Shown here: positions 25,165-38,720 of the stretch, piece by piece
How the letters are laid out: each line of letters starts with the position of its first letter
How positions within the stretch are numbered: position 1 is the first letter of the stretch
DNA from: Podarcis melisellensis
Lineage: Eukaryota
Reading direction: 5' to 3' (one strand)
NCBI GenBank assembly: GCA_964234715.1
Contig: OZ174284.1
DNA length: 64,000 nucleotides
Notes under the pieces: generated by a model
What the model was told of the DNA's origin: nothing
What the model saw: the letters and a program-made list of their open reading frames with translations, nothing else
Database searches by the model: none
Made by a program: the position numbers and the translations under genes

Positions 25165-25849
25165 CTTAAATAAAAGGTTTAGAAAAAGTTAAAGATGAGA
25201 TTTATACAGGATGAAAGTAGATTTTATTTCAGGCTTTAATCTCATCAAAGCTTAATCTCATCAAAATTTGCAATAAACATTTTAGTTCCCCTCCCCATCT
25301 ACCTTCCTTGTTCACTTCAGAGAGCTGACAGTCTCCAACATCAGGGAGGAGACTCAGCATTGATAAAACTGAGGTAGCCATGAGGAGTTCGATTCAGAAG
25401 TTTTCAGCTCCATTTGAATTAAACACAGCCTGTCATATTATTTGAGCCCAATATGTGGTTAATCTTACTTATGGTTTGTTTGAAACAGACACCAACCTGT
25501 GAGTTATGAAGCTGTTGTGTTTAAACAAACATTGGTTAACATCAACCACATTTTAGGACTGAATTACTTACTAAACTGGAGTTAATTAAAACCAGTGAAA
25601 GCTGCCCATCTCTTTGCAGTCTTGCCTTGAGGAGGAAGGGAGAAGTGTGAAAGTGAGAGGCTCAACTCTATTCCTGCCACACTAGTAGTTTAGCACAACA
25701 CCAAAACACAGGGATCGTACATATAATTTGCAACTTAGTTATGAACAGGACAGCATTCACAAAATGCAAATTTTCTTGCATGGACATTTCATAAAGATGG
25801 GAGCTTCTCCCTAAGCTTCTTGGTATACTGAACTAGAAATGTCATTTAT

Positions 25850-26390
25850 TTATTTTTATTTTTTTAAATTTGTTTTCATTGAAAGATTCTCATGGATAAC
25901 AAGGGTACATACAACATCTCTGTTTTCAATTCATAAGATCTTTTCTACAGGCCAGTTACATTTGGGGTGAGACATTGCTCTGTTAAGCATTGTGAGGTTG
26001 GGAGGAAAGAACTGGTGAGTGAGAGGGGGAGAAAGAGGGGGGGATAATGTTATTTCAATCTTTTGTGTCTAGAGGTTCTTTATTTGTCTGTCTGTCTGTC
26101 TGTTTGTTTGTTTGTTTGTTTTGGTTGGTGGTAGAGATGCTGGGAAACCCAGAGCACAGTTGGTTGCATTCAGTGAATCACAAAGTGTTTTGTTTGTGTA
26201 TGAGAGGGGGTGGGGGGTGCTGGGTCAATTTAGCCATATCAGTCTACATGCTGTCAGGGGGATTGTGTTGCTGTCTTGCATATGTAATAAAAGGAAGCCA
26301 CACAAGGGTGAAGGCATCCTCTTTTACTTGTCCCCATCTAGTAGAAGCATCATTTCCGATTATTTTTCCATTGTTCCAAAGTTTTTAAAA
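25850..26390 (-). mobile_element. L1/Tx1-like 3' fragment
   Basis: Residual ORF end DAFTLVWLPFITY followed by UTR-like tract and A-rich tail on the minus strand. Confidence 0.55.
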
Positions 26391-26600
26391 TCAGAATTTC
26401 CTTGCTTTTAAACAGTGAATCTTAGGAAAATTATGAAGACGGTCTACCAAGTTGCGACCTACACAAAACTATGTTTCGCACACACTTCCATGATCAAACC
26501 ACAGCAAGGTGAAAGAGAAATAAATATAATTTATAGCAGGTTAACAACAAGAAATTTTGAAATATCTTAAAAATCACATCAACCAAGGAAACGACAATAC

Positions 26601-26730
26601 CTTGACACATTTTGCTGCAGTCCTGCCAAAGCCCATAGGGGTCCCATATAAACAGATCCTGGCCTTCTTCTACAGGAACATTGAATGAGTAGCGAATGTC
26701 GGGGTTGTATAAATTCCCTACGCACAACAC
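26601..26730 (-). CDS. ADAMTS20: ADAMTS20 exon 18
   Basis: [19 protein letters not shown]...[15 protein letters not shown]. Confidence 0.95.
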
Positions 26731-26835
26731 CTAAACAAAGATGTTTTAAAAACTGTTTTTCAATGAATTTTTCCTCACTCCTGGTGCATAAAAAAATGCA
26801 AATGCGTACTATTAATTAACATATTGAAGATTCAC

Positions 26836-27002
26836 CTGCAAAAGAATCTCCTCTTCCAGCTGGCCAGTGCTGTTTATTCGCTCCACTGTGTTGTTTGACC
26901 CACTGTACTCAAAATTAGTTCCGTACATACTGATTTCTTTTTTAGACAAGCTCACAACAAAATTTCCATTCAGGAAAAAATGCCCCTGAGTGTTGGATAA
27001 TG
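26836..27002 (-). CDS. ADAMTS20: ADAMTS20 exon 17 (spacer)
   Basis: LSNTQGHFFLNGNF...EYSGSNNTVERINST...ILLQ. Confidence 0.95.
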
Positions 27003-27297
27003 CTATAACAACATTAACAGAAACAATCACCATTAGTGCATCTTTCCTTCATACTTACATGCATTTTGCACATTGGTAATGATTTAAATATTGCTAGGGA
27101 ATTACAATATGGAACATTAAAACAAATTCCAAGATTCAATTAATTGTAAGAATTAATCTGATAAATACCACTGAACATGGTAAAATACCACTGAGTCAGC
27201 TTATAGTAATATTATGCAAAGGTGTTCAAGAGAGTCTTAGGGCTGTTGGATTTCTCATAGGGAATAAAGCCAGTAATGGATTATCTGAAACACTTAC

Positions 27298-27393
27298 CAA
27301 GATAGTTGTCGTCTTCTGGCTTCCCTGAATAGCTGTGCTGATGTATGTCAAGGTTTGTTGCTCCTTTGGGAATTTTTACTACAATGTTATAGC
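27298..27393 (-). CDS. ADAMTS20: ADAMTS20 exon 16 (spacer)
   Basis: [31 protein letters not shown]. Confidence 0.95.
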
Positions 27394-28127
27394 CTAGAAT
27401 ATAATTAAACTTAAATTAATCCTATGAAAGATTATGCTTGTAAACAATAAACTTCCCAAGAGAAGTGATAAACCTGAAGAGAAATTAAAGCAGCTTTTTG
27501 GTTTGTTTGTTTTTGTCCCCTGCCAGAATAACAAGTTACCGCTAGATAATCACTTCCAAGGAGCAACAGAAACAATTTATTCCCTATATAATATTGCTTT
27601 GTTTATTAATTATCTTAATCACAAGCCATAACAACAAAGACAAAATAAGAAAAAGAAAATTATGTATCTCACAAGTAAAAACACAGCATTGGTAATGCAT
27701 GTTTGGGTTAAAGGTGGGCCCCAGGTCTGAAAAAAGTTTCGAACTACTGATTTAAACCATTAAAATATGTGGCACTATACTAAACTTGCTCATAACACTC
27801 CAACAGCTTTCCTTTCTGTAGCTGGGTTTGGGAATGAAATGAAAGTGATGTTAGAAATAAAAAATATTATAATATAGGGGTTTGAAATTACAGCCTTTTT
27901 TGAAAGGAAAATATGTCTGGCATAGTGGACAGCATTGTGGAATGTAGAAAAAACGATTTAATGCCAATATTTATTATTTTAATTTTGAATTGTTTGAATT
28001 CGCTACTAGAAAAACACAGCTGACTGCACACACACAAAATCAAACTTGAGAATCTGTTTGGCATATGAAAGCCAGTGTCATATGCAATTAAATATGTAAA
28101 TAGATAGATGGATATCAAGAAACATAC

Positions 28128-28245
28128 CATAATGAGCGCTATTGAAAGTTCCTGCAAGAGTTCTACATGAAGAATCATCACCACCACAGATTCCACATTT
28201 ATCTCGCCTTGCCTTAGAGTTTAACACATGATCACAGCCTGCTTG
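28128..28245 (-). CDS. ADAMTS20: ADAMTS20 exon 15
   Basis: [39 protein letters not shown]. Confidence 0.95.
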
Positions 28246-28489
28246 CTATGGAAACATGTCAAAATGTTTTTAAGTACATGCAACAGCATTCAATTTACAG
28301 GTAATTCAAATTGCTCATTTTAACCTCTCATTCCTCACACCTTGCAAGTAATAATTCATTTAACAATTCTCATAATCAATAATGCATTTGGTGCTGTGTT
28401 GCAACAATGACTAGCTTTACTAGTCTATAAAAGAAGATTTCCAAACAAACGAGCACACCAAAACCATACTTCTAATTCAAGTCTGTTAC

Positions 28490-29070
28490 AACAACAAAAT
28501 ATGAAAAGCACAGGTGTGCTGGATTGTATCTAGGAGCGTGTTCGAAACAAATGGAGAGGTTGTGCTCAGGGGAGGAACAATCAGAAACGGGGGTGTGGCA
28601 ATAAAAAACACCCACCAACGTGTCATCACACACATCATCTGTCTGCAAATGTTTTTTTGTTTATTAATTGGATTTTCCATGCTCAGGGAAAATTCAGGTT
28701 TAATATGAAAAAGTGTGTGGACTGGCATTTTTATGATGACAACATCATATGGACATTGCTGTACATGTATGTTTGTGTGTGTGATCAGGAAGCTCCCTAT
28801 GAACTTGATTTTGTGGGCAACAGTTCACAATACCAATTTCAGGATGTCAGTTTTATCAACTCCAACTAGGTTGGGTGTTTGTTTTCTAATGACCACTGTT
28901 TTTAGCACTATTTGTACTTCTCTATCTTTCATTTCCCTCTGACCTCTCGCTGTTTACAACTCCACCTCCCAACAATGCACACATATGACATCTGCTATAG
29001 TTCATGAAAGCTTATGCCATAATAAATATGTTAGGACTTTAAGGCACCACAAAACTCCTTGCTGCTCTCA
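28490..29070 (+). mobile_element. Degraded Penelope-like fragment
   Basis: GAAAGCTTATGCCATAATAAA..GTTAG..CTTTAAGG..CCACAA end; inverse copy at about 53800-53890. Confidence 0.5.
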
Positions 29071-29115
29071 AACAGTTTCCAAAAAGATTTGTGTTGTTTT
29101 AGTGAACTCAATTAC

Positions 29116-29252
29116 CCTGCATAAGCCTTGCACACATATATCATGAGTGTCTGTTCCACATGGAGTACCATCAACAACCCTGTCTTTCAGTTGATAGTAG
29201 GATGTTGTGCCAGAAACACGGCAAAAAAGCTTACAGCGATCCTTCGTAGAAA
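29116..29252 (-). CDS. ADAMTS20: ADAMTS20 exon 14 (Cys-rich)
   Basis: [12 protein letters not shown]...[21 protein letters not shown]. Confidence 0.96.
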
Positions 29253-29348
29253 CTGTTGGGACAAAAAAAGCCAAGTATGTTTTTTGTCACATGTGAAATT
29301 TTACGCAAATAAATATTTAGTTTAAAGAGGAAGTTTCTCATTACTTAC

Positions 29349-29530
29349 TGCCAGTGTATTTTGGAAGCCAACGCACGGTAGATGTTAGCCCGTTGATGTT
29401 GAAATGTTTACCATCAAACTCGGAGCACTGCTGCTCCCGAAAATCTTTTCTGCCTTTGGGACATGAATCAGTATTACAGGATCGAAATTTCATCCTGCGG
29501 CCAACGCAGTATTGTCCTCCATGCTTTGGC
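29349..29530 (-). CDS. ADAMTS20: ADAMTS20 exon 13 (TSR1 end, Cys-rich)
   Basis: [35 protein letters not shown]...VRWLPKYTG. Confidence 0.96.
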
Positions 29531-29629
29531 CTAATGAAAATTGCATTGCAAGCATGTTAAGCAGAGACAGACAGTCACATTCAAAACAAACTTTCCAAAG
29601 AGATCTTACTGATTTAATCTAAATAACAT

Positions 29630-29868
29630 GGATGGCTTTAAAAGACGATTGGACAAATTCATGAAGGAGAAGGCTATCAATGGCTAGGCTTTGCCTGCAG
29701 AGGTAGTGATACTTCTGAATACCAGTTGCTTGAAATGACAGGGAGGAAGACTGCTCTTGTGCTCAGGTCCTCCTTGTGGGTTTCCTACAGGTTGGCCACT
29801 GTGAAAACAGGATGCTGGACTAGATGGGCCATTGGCCAGACTCAGCAGGATCTTCTTAAGTTCTTAAG
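29630..29868 (+). mobile_element. CR1 LINE 3' end (second subfamily)
   Basis: GATGGCTTTAAAAG..TTGGACAAATTCATG...GGATGCTGGACTAGATGG; related pieces at about 33300-33480 (+) and 12925-13110 (-). Confidence 0.7.
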
Positions 29869-30418
29869 GTGATGGCCACCATTGCATAGCTTTAACAGAC
29901 TTCTATCACAACACTATAAACAATATTTTCAGAACTAAACTACACTGCTGTGATTTTCGTTTATTTGAATACACACACACACACACACACACAGCCTTTC
30001 AATTAAAAATTTCCAGAGCAGCTTTCAATAGGTAATAAAACACATTGCAAGCAAGAATATTTAACACAGCTTAACAGCTGTAATGTGCATCATGGTGGGA
30101 AGCCATTTATACAATTGCAAAGTGAATGGGAATTAAATATAAAATGTCATCATTGCATAAGCATGAATTTTTACAAACCCCACCACATTATTCTTAGGCT
30201 TCACTATCCACTGCCAAAATGCCAGGATTAAACAAACCAACTATTACAATATACACAATAAAGATAGCTTATGTTTCATTTGGCTTTGGGTAATGCACTA
30301 TTTATAATTTCTGCCTTTAAATTTCAAAAGACACATAGAAATTATGATCCAAGTATGGTAATGTGTCTTTAAGAGCTCGAACAGGCATGCTACTCTTGAT
30401 AGATGATTCAAAGTATAG

Positions 30419-30642
30419 CAGTTTGAAAGCATACCAGTGCGAGTAGATAAACAGGTACCGCTGCAGTGGGAAGGTAAACAGTGTTTTCATGCGCTCTGGC
30501 ACTCGTCATGGTGTCCTGTTGTGCCAGAAGCGGCTTAGTCATGCTGGCCACATGACCTGAAAAGCTGTCTGCGAACAAATGCCGGCTCCCTCGGCCTAAA
30601 CTAAGATGAGTGCCTCATCCCATAGTCACCTTTACCTTTTAC
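30419..30642 (+). mobile_element. 5'-truncated Sauria SINE
   Basis: 3' half only; TSD CAAAGTATAG at 30409-30418 and 30643-30652. Confidence 0.88.
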
Positions 30643-30992
30643 CAAAGTATAGTCATGTGTTTTTAAGAACTCAGAGGCAAACAGCCATGCCTGCCTGCAT
30701 CTAACTAAACAGAACAATAAAATTGGGTTCCAGATTAATAGCATCTGTTGTGTGGCCTAAGGGGTTGAAAACAAGCTTTGCGGTCCACCACTCACCTGTT
30801 CACATGTGGCAAGTAGCAATTCCTTCCAGGTAAAGTAGGTGGTTTCAAGTGATAATGGAAAGGCTAAACAGTATGTCATTATCTGATATGCTATGGAAAC
30901 CTGCTATTAATTTATTATTGCTTTCAGAGGACTAAGCAGAGTAAACAAAGTCTCAATGGACATATATTTAAAATGAAGAACAAAACACATAC

Positions 30993-31138
30993 TCTGGCCG
31001 ATTACACAGTCTGGTTGCGCTTTTGATGCCACCTCCACATGTCCTGGTACATGAACTGTAGGGTCCCCAGGATCCCCATTCTCCATCTACAGGGAGCTTT
31101 TCCTTTTCTTTGCTTACACAAATCCCATGCCGGCAATG
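30993..31138 (-). CDS. ADAMTS20: ADAMTS20 exon 12 (TSR1)
   Basis: HCRHGICV...[31 protein letters not shown]. Confidence 0.96.
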
Positions 31139-32984
31139 CTGTTCAATTAACAAACATAACAAAAATCATCAAAATTAGAAAAAAAACTAATTCAGTGTGC
31201 ACAGACTCTGATAATCAAATAGGAGAACAGGAATTGATATCAAAGAAAATCAAATTGGTGTTAGAAGATTACTGTGTCATTTAAACACTATTTAACAAAT
31301 TTTACTTTCAAAATACTATTAACAATCTGGAAAGTTCAGCATCTAAGCTTTCTTTTATGCATTTAAATGAGATGTCTAACAATTCAAAAGCAATCTGCTC
31401 CTAGTATCTTTCATTCAGAACATCAGAAAATCTGGCAGCTGATATTTTTACACATACACTGTGCAAAGAGATAAGCATGAACCCTAATTTATGCTGATCA
31501 GAATAGAAAGCAAACCTAAAACATGTGCAATAAGATGGGCCTCCAATATGCAACAGACTAAAGGAGTTTATGTGTGTAAAACTAGTGTTTATGTACAATG
31601 GATTTGTTCCTATGAAACATGGGACAATAAGAAAACCAGCTGTTTTCATAGCACTTGTAGAAACTTTTTCATTTTCCACTCAGACAGGATAGATTTCCTG
31701 CTTTCATTCCAAATTAAGGGGTTTATTTTCAGTATGGTGTGCAGCCACACAATCTACCCATAGCATGTGAGTAAACGATGGAGGCCTTATGCAACCATGC
31801 CAGTCCAGGCAGGGGGCAAATAAGGTACCTTTAATCAGGGGTGCCAACATGGTGACCTCCAGCTATAGCTGGACTACAACTGGTATGGCCCCAACTAATA
31901 GTCTAGCTGCAGCCACTGAGAATATTCCCCCCTTACCCCAACTTGTTTCAACTTTTGGTTGTAGGCATCAAGTTGTCTTCAGAGACAATGCAAGAGTGTG
32001 CCATTGGGGGTAAAGTCAAACCATTAGAAAGTTAGAGCGCCTGCTGTGGCTGTAGAAACCAACAGGACACAGAGAGGGGCCTCACCTTCTGATCTTAAAA
32101 GAGTGGACAGGATAATATGGCATGATACCTGAGAGCGAACTGTGTAGCACATGAAATAAAAGTGGAGTTAGTTTTATATTTGCCTGGAAAGACGATTCTG
32201 GAATGTTTGAAATTAAACCTAGAAATATTGTACTAATATGGCCACTTCCATAGAACTGGAATAAGCCCATGTTAACATCTGGGATTTAATAGCTTATTCG
32301 ATAAAGATGTATCAGTTTTTTATGCTGTGCAGCATCTCTACAGAAAAAACAAGATGAAGTCACAGTAGAAAAATTACACACCAGACCCATCCCAGATGTT
32401 CGTGTCATACAGTTTTTCTTCAACCTAGCAGTGCTTGTGCTTCAGATATACTTATTTTATTATTTATATATCAAGCACTGCACGCAAGACTTGTAATCCA
32501 TGAGCACAAATGCAAAGATAGGAGTCCAAATTAAAGGGTAAGAAGAGCCATCTCCACTGATAATTAAAGCTGTGATAATAATGCCTTTTGCTACAGGGCA
32601 TTACTGAAGCAAGTACCCCGATTTTAGGTTTGTTTAGTGTATTTCACAGGAAAAAACTTTATGAAATGTTATCTACTGTGAGAACAACTATGTACTTCCC
32701 ACAGTAAATTCCAGTCATAAATCAGCCACTGTCTGTTCTGGATACAAGGAAAGGGCAATGGGATTCCCCCCCCCCTTGGCGATTAGGTCAGTGGCTTTAA
32801 CACAGCAATTGCTTTCCCACTCTGCCAACTACCTCAACTCCTTAGAGAAACCATCCCTCTATTCTAGCCATGCACCTCAGAACACAGCAAGATATAGGGA
32901 CAGCCTGAGCTTAGAGAAAATATTTCCACAGTCACTCCAACCATTTTTGTTGCTGAGGAGATCAGCTGGAGATTAGCCCCTGTA

Positions 32985-33210
32985 CAGTGGTACCTAGGGT
33001 TAAGTACTTAATTCATTGTGGAGGTCCGTTCTTAACCTGAAACTGTTCTTAACCTGAAGCACCGCTTTAGCTAATGGGGCATCCTGCTGCCGTCACGCCG
33101 CCGGAGCCCGATTTCTGTTCTTATCCTGAAGCAAACTTCTTAACCTGAAGCACTATTTCTGGGTTAGTGGAGTGTGTAACCTGAAGCGTATGTAACCTGA
33201 GGTACCACTG
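32985..33210 (+). mobile_element. Tigger/pogo-like MITE, copy 1
   Basis: TIR CAGTGGTACCT...AGGTACCACTG, TA TSD, internal TAACCTGAAG repeats; strand label is relative. Confidence 0.85.
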
Positions 33211-33893
33211 TACTTGTCCCTGGAATATAACGCTGCTAACGACTGCCACTCGTGAGGGCTGTAGACTACCTTCAGGATGCTATAGGAATAGGATGCCTCT
33301 GAAATCTAGTTGATGCCTCCACATACCAAAGGCTACTGGTGTTCAGAGACATTCATTCACTGGGACAACAACAGAATGAGAGGGCTATTGTGGGCTTCCC
33401 ATTGGCACCACTGTGAGAAAGAAGATGCTGGACGAAATAGGTCTTTGGTCTGATTACCCAGTGTAAGGACTCTTATGTCACATGTCTCTACCATTGTCTG
33501 GACTGGGTACAGGGAAACACTAGGCCAGATTGCTTTGCACTACATCTAAACTTCTGATGGGTTTAATGGCTGCCTTCTAGTGGAAAAACGGATTACAGCA
33601 GGAAATAAGATACTGTTTCCCTCCAATGGAAGCATAGATACGTTCTGAATTGTTAATTCAGAATTGCCTTCTACATCACAGTTTTCATTCAGAGGAGACC
33701 TCCAGCAATGCACTCCACTAATGAAAAATCAAGATTGATTTCTTTCAGTATTATTGGTATATATATATGGATGTAACAGCAGAGAGATAAGGGATGGCAT
33801 GAAGACATTTCAAGATAAGGATAGATCTAGATGTGGACAGAAAGCCAGTGATTTAAGGAAAGGGAAATGGTAGACGTGGAAAAGAAATCTTAC

Positions 33894-33998
33894 CATTCCA
33901 TGGCCACATTCTGTTCCATCGGCCAAAGGCATGTGCTGTGTACGGCAACCCTTATGAATGCCTTCTGCACTTGTGCACCACAAACGTTTGCATTGTTT
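33894..33998 (-). CDS. ADAMTS20: ADAMTS20 exon 11 (disintegrin-like)
   Basis: [35 protein letters not shown], 105 nt. Confidence 0.95.
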
Positions 33999-34573
33999 CT
34001 ACCAAACAAACAGGATACACTTATTTTTCATCAATCTATAGATGCAATATCCCCAACTTAAACTATGTTTTGGTTTTAAGCTACAGGCCAGACCTAGTTG
34101 TCAACTGGGAACAACCCCAAGGGTGTCTGGAAGAATGCAACCTAAGGAGAAGGATGTTTTACAGAATATTGGGTGGTAGATATTTGGTAGATCCCAAAGT
34201 AGATCCCTTAGCATAAGGCACCGTCCCCAAAATTTGCTCTGGAGGGTTGTGAGAACTCTCGGAACAGTTGTGGGAGAGAAGGGACTGGAGCCAGAACTAT
34301 TCCACAGCCAGAAGTCCTTGCACCAGCAAAAGTATATCATTAGATACCACCCATGTGTCCTGAGTTCGAACACCAATATTCAAATATATTGAATTAAAAA
34401 TGAAGCGTGCAAACATTCTTAAATGTGTCTTCAAATACTTTGAAGGAGCAACCAAGAAAAGATTGTGGTTCTGTTTACATTTTAAAGTGAAAAGCCCTGT
34501 TTGAAACATGGACCATTTATCTTGAACATGATCCACATGTATTTTGTACTTAGATATCTGCCTGCCAAATATA

Positions 34574-35408
34574 CCGTATTTTTCACACCATAGGACGCAC
34601 TTTTTCCCTCCTAAAAAGCAAGGGAAAATGTGTGTGCGTCCTATGGAGCGAAGGCAGGCTTTCGCTGAAGCCTGGAGAGTGAGAAGGGTCGGTGCGCACC
34701 AACCCCTCTCGCTCTCCAGGCTTCAGGAAGCTATCCGCTATCCGTGGGAGACCCCACGGCTAGCGGAGCGCTGCATTAATCCCGAAGCTTGGGGCGTGCG
34801 GAGCTCAGCGCACCCCAAGCTTCTGGGTGCCGGCAAGGTCTCCGCTAGCCGTCTAGACCTTGCCGGCACCCAGAAGCTTGGGGCGCGCTGAGCTCCGCAC
34901 GCTCCAAGCTTCGGGATTAGCACTCCGCTAGCCGTGTCTAGGCTGCGGATAGCAGCCTGCTTCCCGGAGCGTCGGGTGCCCTGAAAACAGAGCACCCGGC
35001 ACTTCGGGAACACATCCACAGCGTGGGGACCCCTGCAGGAGATCCCCGCAGGGCACCCCACGCTGCGGATAGCAGCCTGCCACCGTGCCGGGCAGACATC
35101 CGCAGCGTGCGGAGCCCTGCAAGAGTTCCCCGCAGGGCTCCCCACGCTGTGGATAGCAGCCTGCCACCCGGCGGGTGGGGCCCGCTGAAGTAGAGCGCCC
35201 CGTGCGCCAGGCAGACATCAGCCAGCCCCACAAGCTTAGGGGACAGCAGGGAGGCGCAGCGCCACTATCCCGCTGTTCCTCGACCTGGTTCGGTTTCCCT
35301 GACCTGCTTTTGGGGGGGAAATAAAGGGAAATTTTTTCCCCTTTATTTCCCCCAAAAAAACTAGGTGCGTCCTATGGTCCGGTGCGTCCAATCGTGCGAA
35401 AAATACGG
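34574..35408. mobile_element. Tc2-like non-autonomous DNA transposon with CpG-rich palindromic interior
   Basis: TIRs CCGTATTTTTC...GAAAAATACGG, TA TSD; ends related to 1965-2223. Confidence 0.85.
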
Positions 35409-36612
35409 TAATCTTGTGGTGAGTGAGGCTAAGAAATCTCTAAATGGTCATGTTAGAAGATACTCAGCCCACTAAAGGTACAATTCTATGGCTATCCTAA
35501 AGTGAATAGGAGTTTGGGGGATCTTCCTCTCCATGGCCAAAGCAGGTGGTTCACCTGTTTGTTGCAGTTGCAGAAACCACAACAGCTGTCTCTGCTCCAA
35601 TGGTGGTTGGAGGGAGAATGGGCATATCAGGGATGTGCTGAGGGTAAATGGATTTAATCCAAAGCCCTCCCATTTCTAACATGCCCTCAAATAATGAAGT
35701 ACTCCACTTTGGGATTGGGATACTTATTTCCCCTCCCCAGTGGGACCAACAGGAGTTTCAACAGAAGAAGCAGGGGATGAAATATGCTTCTTCCACATTC
35801 TGTCAGGCAAAGTGAGTCCATTTTTTATTATTATTTTGGATATGACAGTAACCACTCAGTCCCCCAATCTGGTAGGACTGGTCTGTTATTAATAAAGTTT
35901 ACATTATAAACTTTTGGCCTTGAGCTAAGATCCAAAGAACTACACTAGGTAAACTTTAAATTCCATTTTGGAATCAAAGGAGGGGAAAGAGGAAGGAAGG
36001 GACAAATCTATGTATCTGATAATACGTCTCTTTCTTAGCTCAGTGTGATTAAGAACTATTCACAAAATACATTTGGGTTACTTTTAGATTAGCTTTTGTG
36101 AATTTGCTGCCCCTTTACTATCAAACTCTATTTCGATACTGCATTTCAAGCAATATCTTACTTCTTCTGAATATTGTCCTTTGCAGAGGAATGAACACCT
36201 CTACCTTGGCAACATTTTTTAAAGATGCTACTTTATCATTTTATTTATTTTATCATTCTTTTATCTTGCTGCTAACCTTCCTTTATTACCGATTACTGAG
36301 TTAACAGAGTTGATGTATTTTGTTTCCATTAAAAGTATTCATTAAATGTTGTTAAATATTTATTTCTAGCTCCTCCATTACCTGGGTCACTAACAAAAGA
36401 AACAATTAAAAGCTAATAGAAATCTTGTGGTATGGCACTAAAATGCAGGATACATGTGTTTTCAAGGATAGCAAAGGAAACAAGGAATTACAAATTAAAG
36501 GGGGGTGCCAAAAACATTTTCAACCATCTTCTCAGGATTTCAAGATAATTTCAGCCAAGTTTTGAAGTGTTATGCAAGTATTATAAATTGTGTTTTGCAT
36601 TACGTAACTTAC

Positions 36613-36754
36613 CATGTAAGGACATACTTGTGACCCAGGTCCAAACATAAGCTCACACTGCTTGTTCACATCATAGAGGGAACCAGGCAACTGAGATTGA
36701 AAGTCATAGATTCTTCCATTTGGTTTGTCAAGAAGGCATTCCCCATAACCAGTG
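36613..36754 (-). CDS. ADAMTS20: ADAMTS20 exon 10 (disintegrin-like start)
   Basis: [11 protein letters not shown]...[26 protein letters not shown]. Confidence 0.96.
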
Positions 36755-36816
36755 CTATAATAAACAAACAGAACTTCTCTTAAACGACCCATTGCTTTTG
36801 ACTCAAACATACTTTG

Positions 36817-37252
36817 TGTCCGGGAACTGACATCGGAGCCAGAGGTGGAGGCAAGGCTCCCAAGCGATGCCGGAGAAGGGCCCAGCAGGGAGAGAGGGAG
36901 CTCATCGGCTGGGGAAGGAAATCAGCGTAACACCAGGGATAAAGGGGGGCAGATGGGGGAATCGGCAAGGGGCTCCAGGACTCCTCGCCGGAGACCAGCG
37001 GGGAGAGCACGGGTCCTCCGCTACCCACACCCACCCTGCGCAGAAGACTTCCGCACAGGGAAAGTAGGCGTAGACTTGGTGTCAAAGAACTTCTTTGCTG
37101 GAAGAAGTTCAAGAAACGCCCACTGACGGATTCTGCTAGCGACTGAAACAGCCACGAAGTGAAGGGCTGTCCAGCCAGGAACAGGTTTAACCAGGCAACC
37201 TAGCCAGGAGTGGCAGCAACTTACGCACGAGCAACCCCATATAACCATTACA
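36817..37252. mobile_element. Solo LTR (436 bp), CpG-rich and probably young
   Basis: TGT...ACA termini with perfect 5-bp TSD CTTTG (36812-36816, 37253-37257). Confidence 0.8.
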
Positions 37253-37643
37253 CTTTGTAAATAAATTTTAGGACTGGGGTTGATTTGCTATGGCGCACTG
37301 CTATTAAAGAATTCAACTTAATGCAGTGCTATTACAAGAAATCAACTCTGGGTTTGTGAATTGATGCATAACCTATGTTCTGACACAAAATAAGCACATG
37401 TTCAAATGTAATATAGTTGTGTTCTAAACTATGATGAATTGTTTTTACCTTTTGTAAGGAAACCCCAAAATGTTAATTTATTTGAAGCTTTTCTCTTTCT
37501 CCCCCTGCCCCTCATTTAACACCTATTTTAATAAAGTTAAGGGTTGAAATTCTGCATGACAGAGAAATCACACAAATGCTCACCACTACAACGTCCATGT
37601 GCTAAACATATGCAGAAGGTGGCTGGACTGGAACCATACTTAC

Positions 37644-37790
37644 TCAAGAAATTCAGTAATGTACTTCTCACTGCATTTTGACCAAGTCCATGGGTTTGAA
37701 TGGTAGTTTAAAGTCGGGGCCATTACATGATATTGATGTTTAATCCCAACTTCTTTACATTTAAAGCTATCATCATGGGGAACATTAAAC
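37644..37790 (-). CDS. ADAMTS20: ADAMTS20 exon 9 (third zinc His, Met-turn)
   Basis: [11 protein letters not shown]...HVMAPTL...[13 protein letters not shown]. Confidence 0.97.
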
Positions 37791-38720
37791 CTAATACAAA
37801 TACAAAACAAATTCAGAAATAGCCTTTTACTTTTCAATAACGATACGAGCAAACATTAAACTGATGCATCGCCTCATTGATTATGACAGCACTTAAATAA
37901 TATAATGGGGTTATTTGCCTTTTCAACAACTCACCTATGGAAATATATAATTTGAATCTCAGCAATGTTTTTAGAAACTGGGAATGAAGATATTGAAGAG
38001 TAAGAGCTGTGCATATTTGGGGCAGAAAGTGAAAAGACACAGGCGAGTCTCAACACAATCATATTCTGGCAAATTCCTACACAACAGCATGGTGGGGCAG
38101 CAGCGCTCACCTGACCACTGGCCAGTCACGTTGCCGCTGCTTATCAGGAGGTAAAAGTGGGGAGGAGGCAATGGTAAGATTGGCATAGTACAAACACACT
38201 GCGGAATCACTCTACTGCTCCCACCAGTGCATTTACGTCTCACTAGCCTTGCTCCTCCCACTCTACTTCCTGGTAAGCAGCAGCAATGCAACCAATGGTC
38301 AGAAGAGCACTGCTGCCCTACTGCCGTCTACTACTTAAATTCATTTCAAAATATGCCAGGTTTTGATGATAACCTAGAGTAGCACAGTGGCCAAGATATG
38401 ATACTAATTTACACCAGAAGGCCAAGATTCAAGCTATTCTCAGCAACGCCACTTGCAATGACACGAGATATCTTACGATGTTCTTGTTGGGAATCAGTAA
38501 GATAAAGTACTGTATATGAACCACTACGAACACTCCCAACTTTAGAGTCTAAACTGCTATATGAATGCTAAGTATTAGTATGTAAATACAGCACTTCCTT
38601 GCAAGCTCATGCTTTTTCAGCCAATCATGCAGAGGCTTCCCTGCAAAATAAAAATAAAAATACTGTGTCCCCTATGTAAGGCAAATGCAAGATTTACTTG
38701 GTAGAAAAGACAAGACTTAC

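Noticed and set aside
34544-35233. Several 97-135 aa ORFs; CRISPR-like repeat appearance
   Set aside because: GC-rich palindromic interior of a TIR transposon; no repeat-unique spacer structure or cas genes, and the DNA is vertebrate
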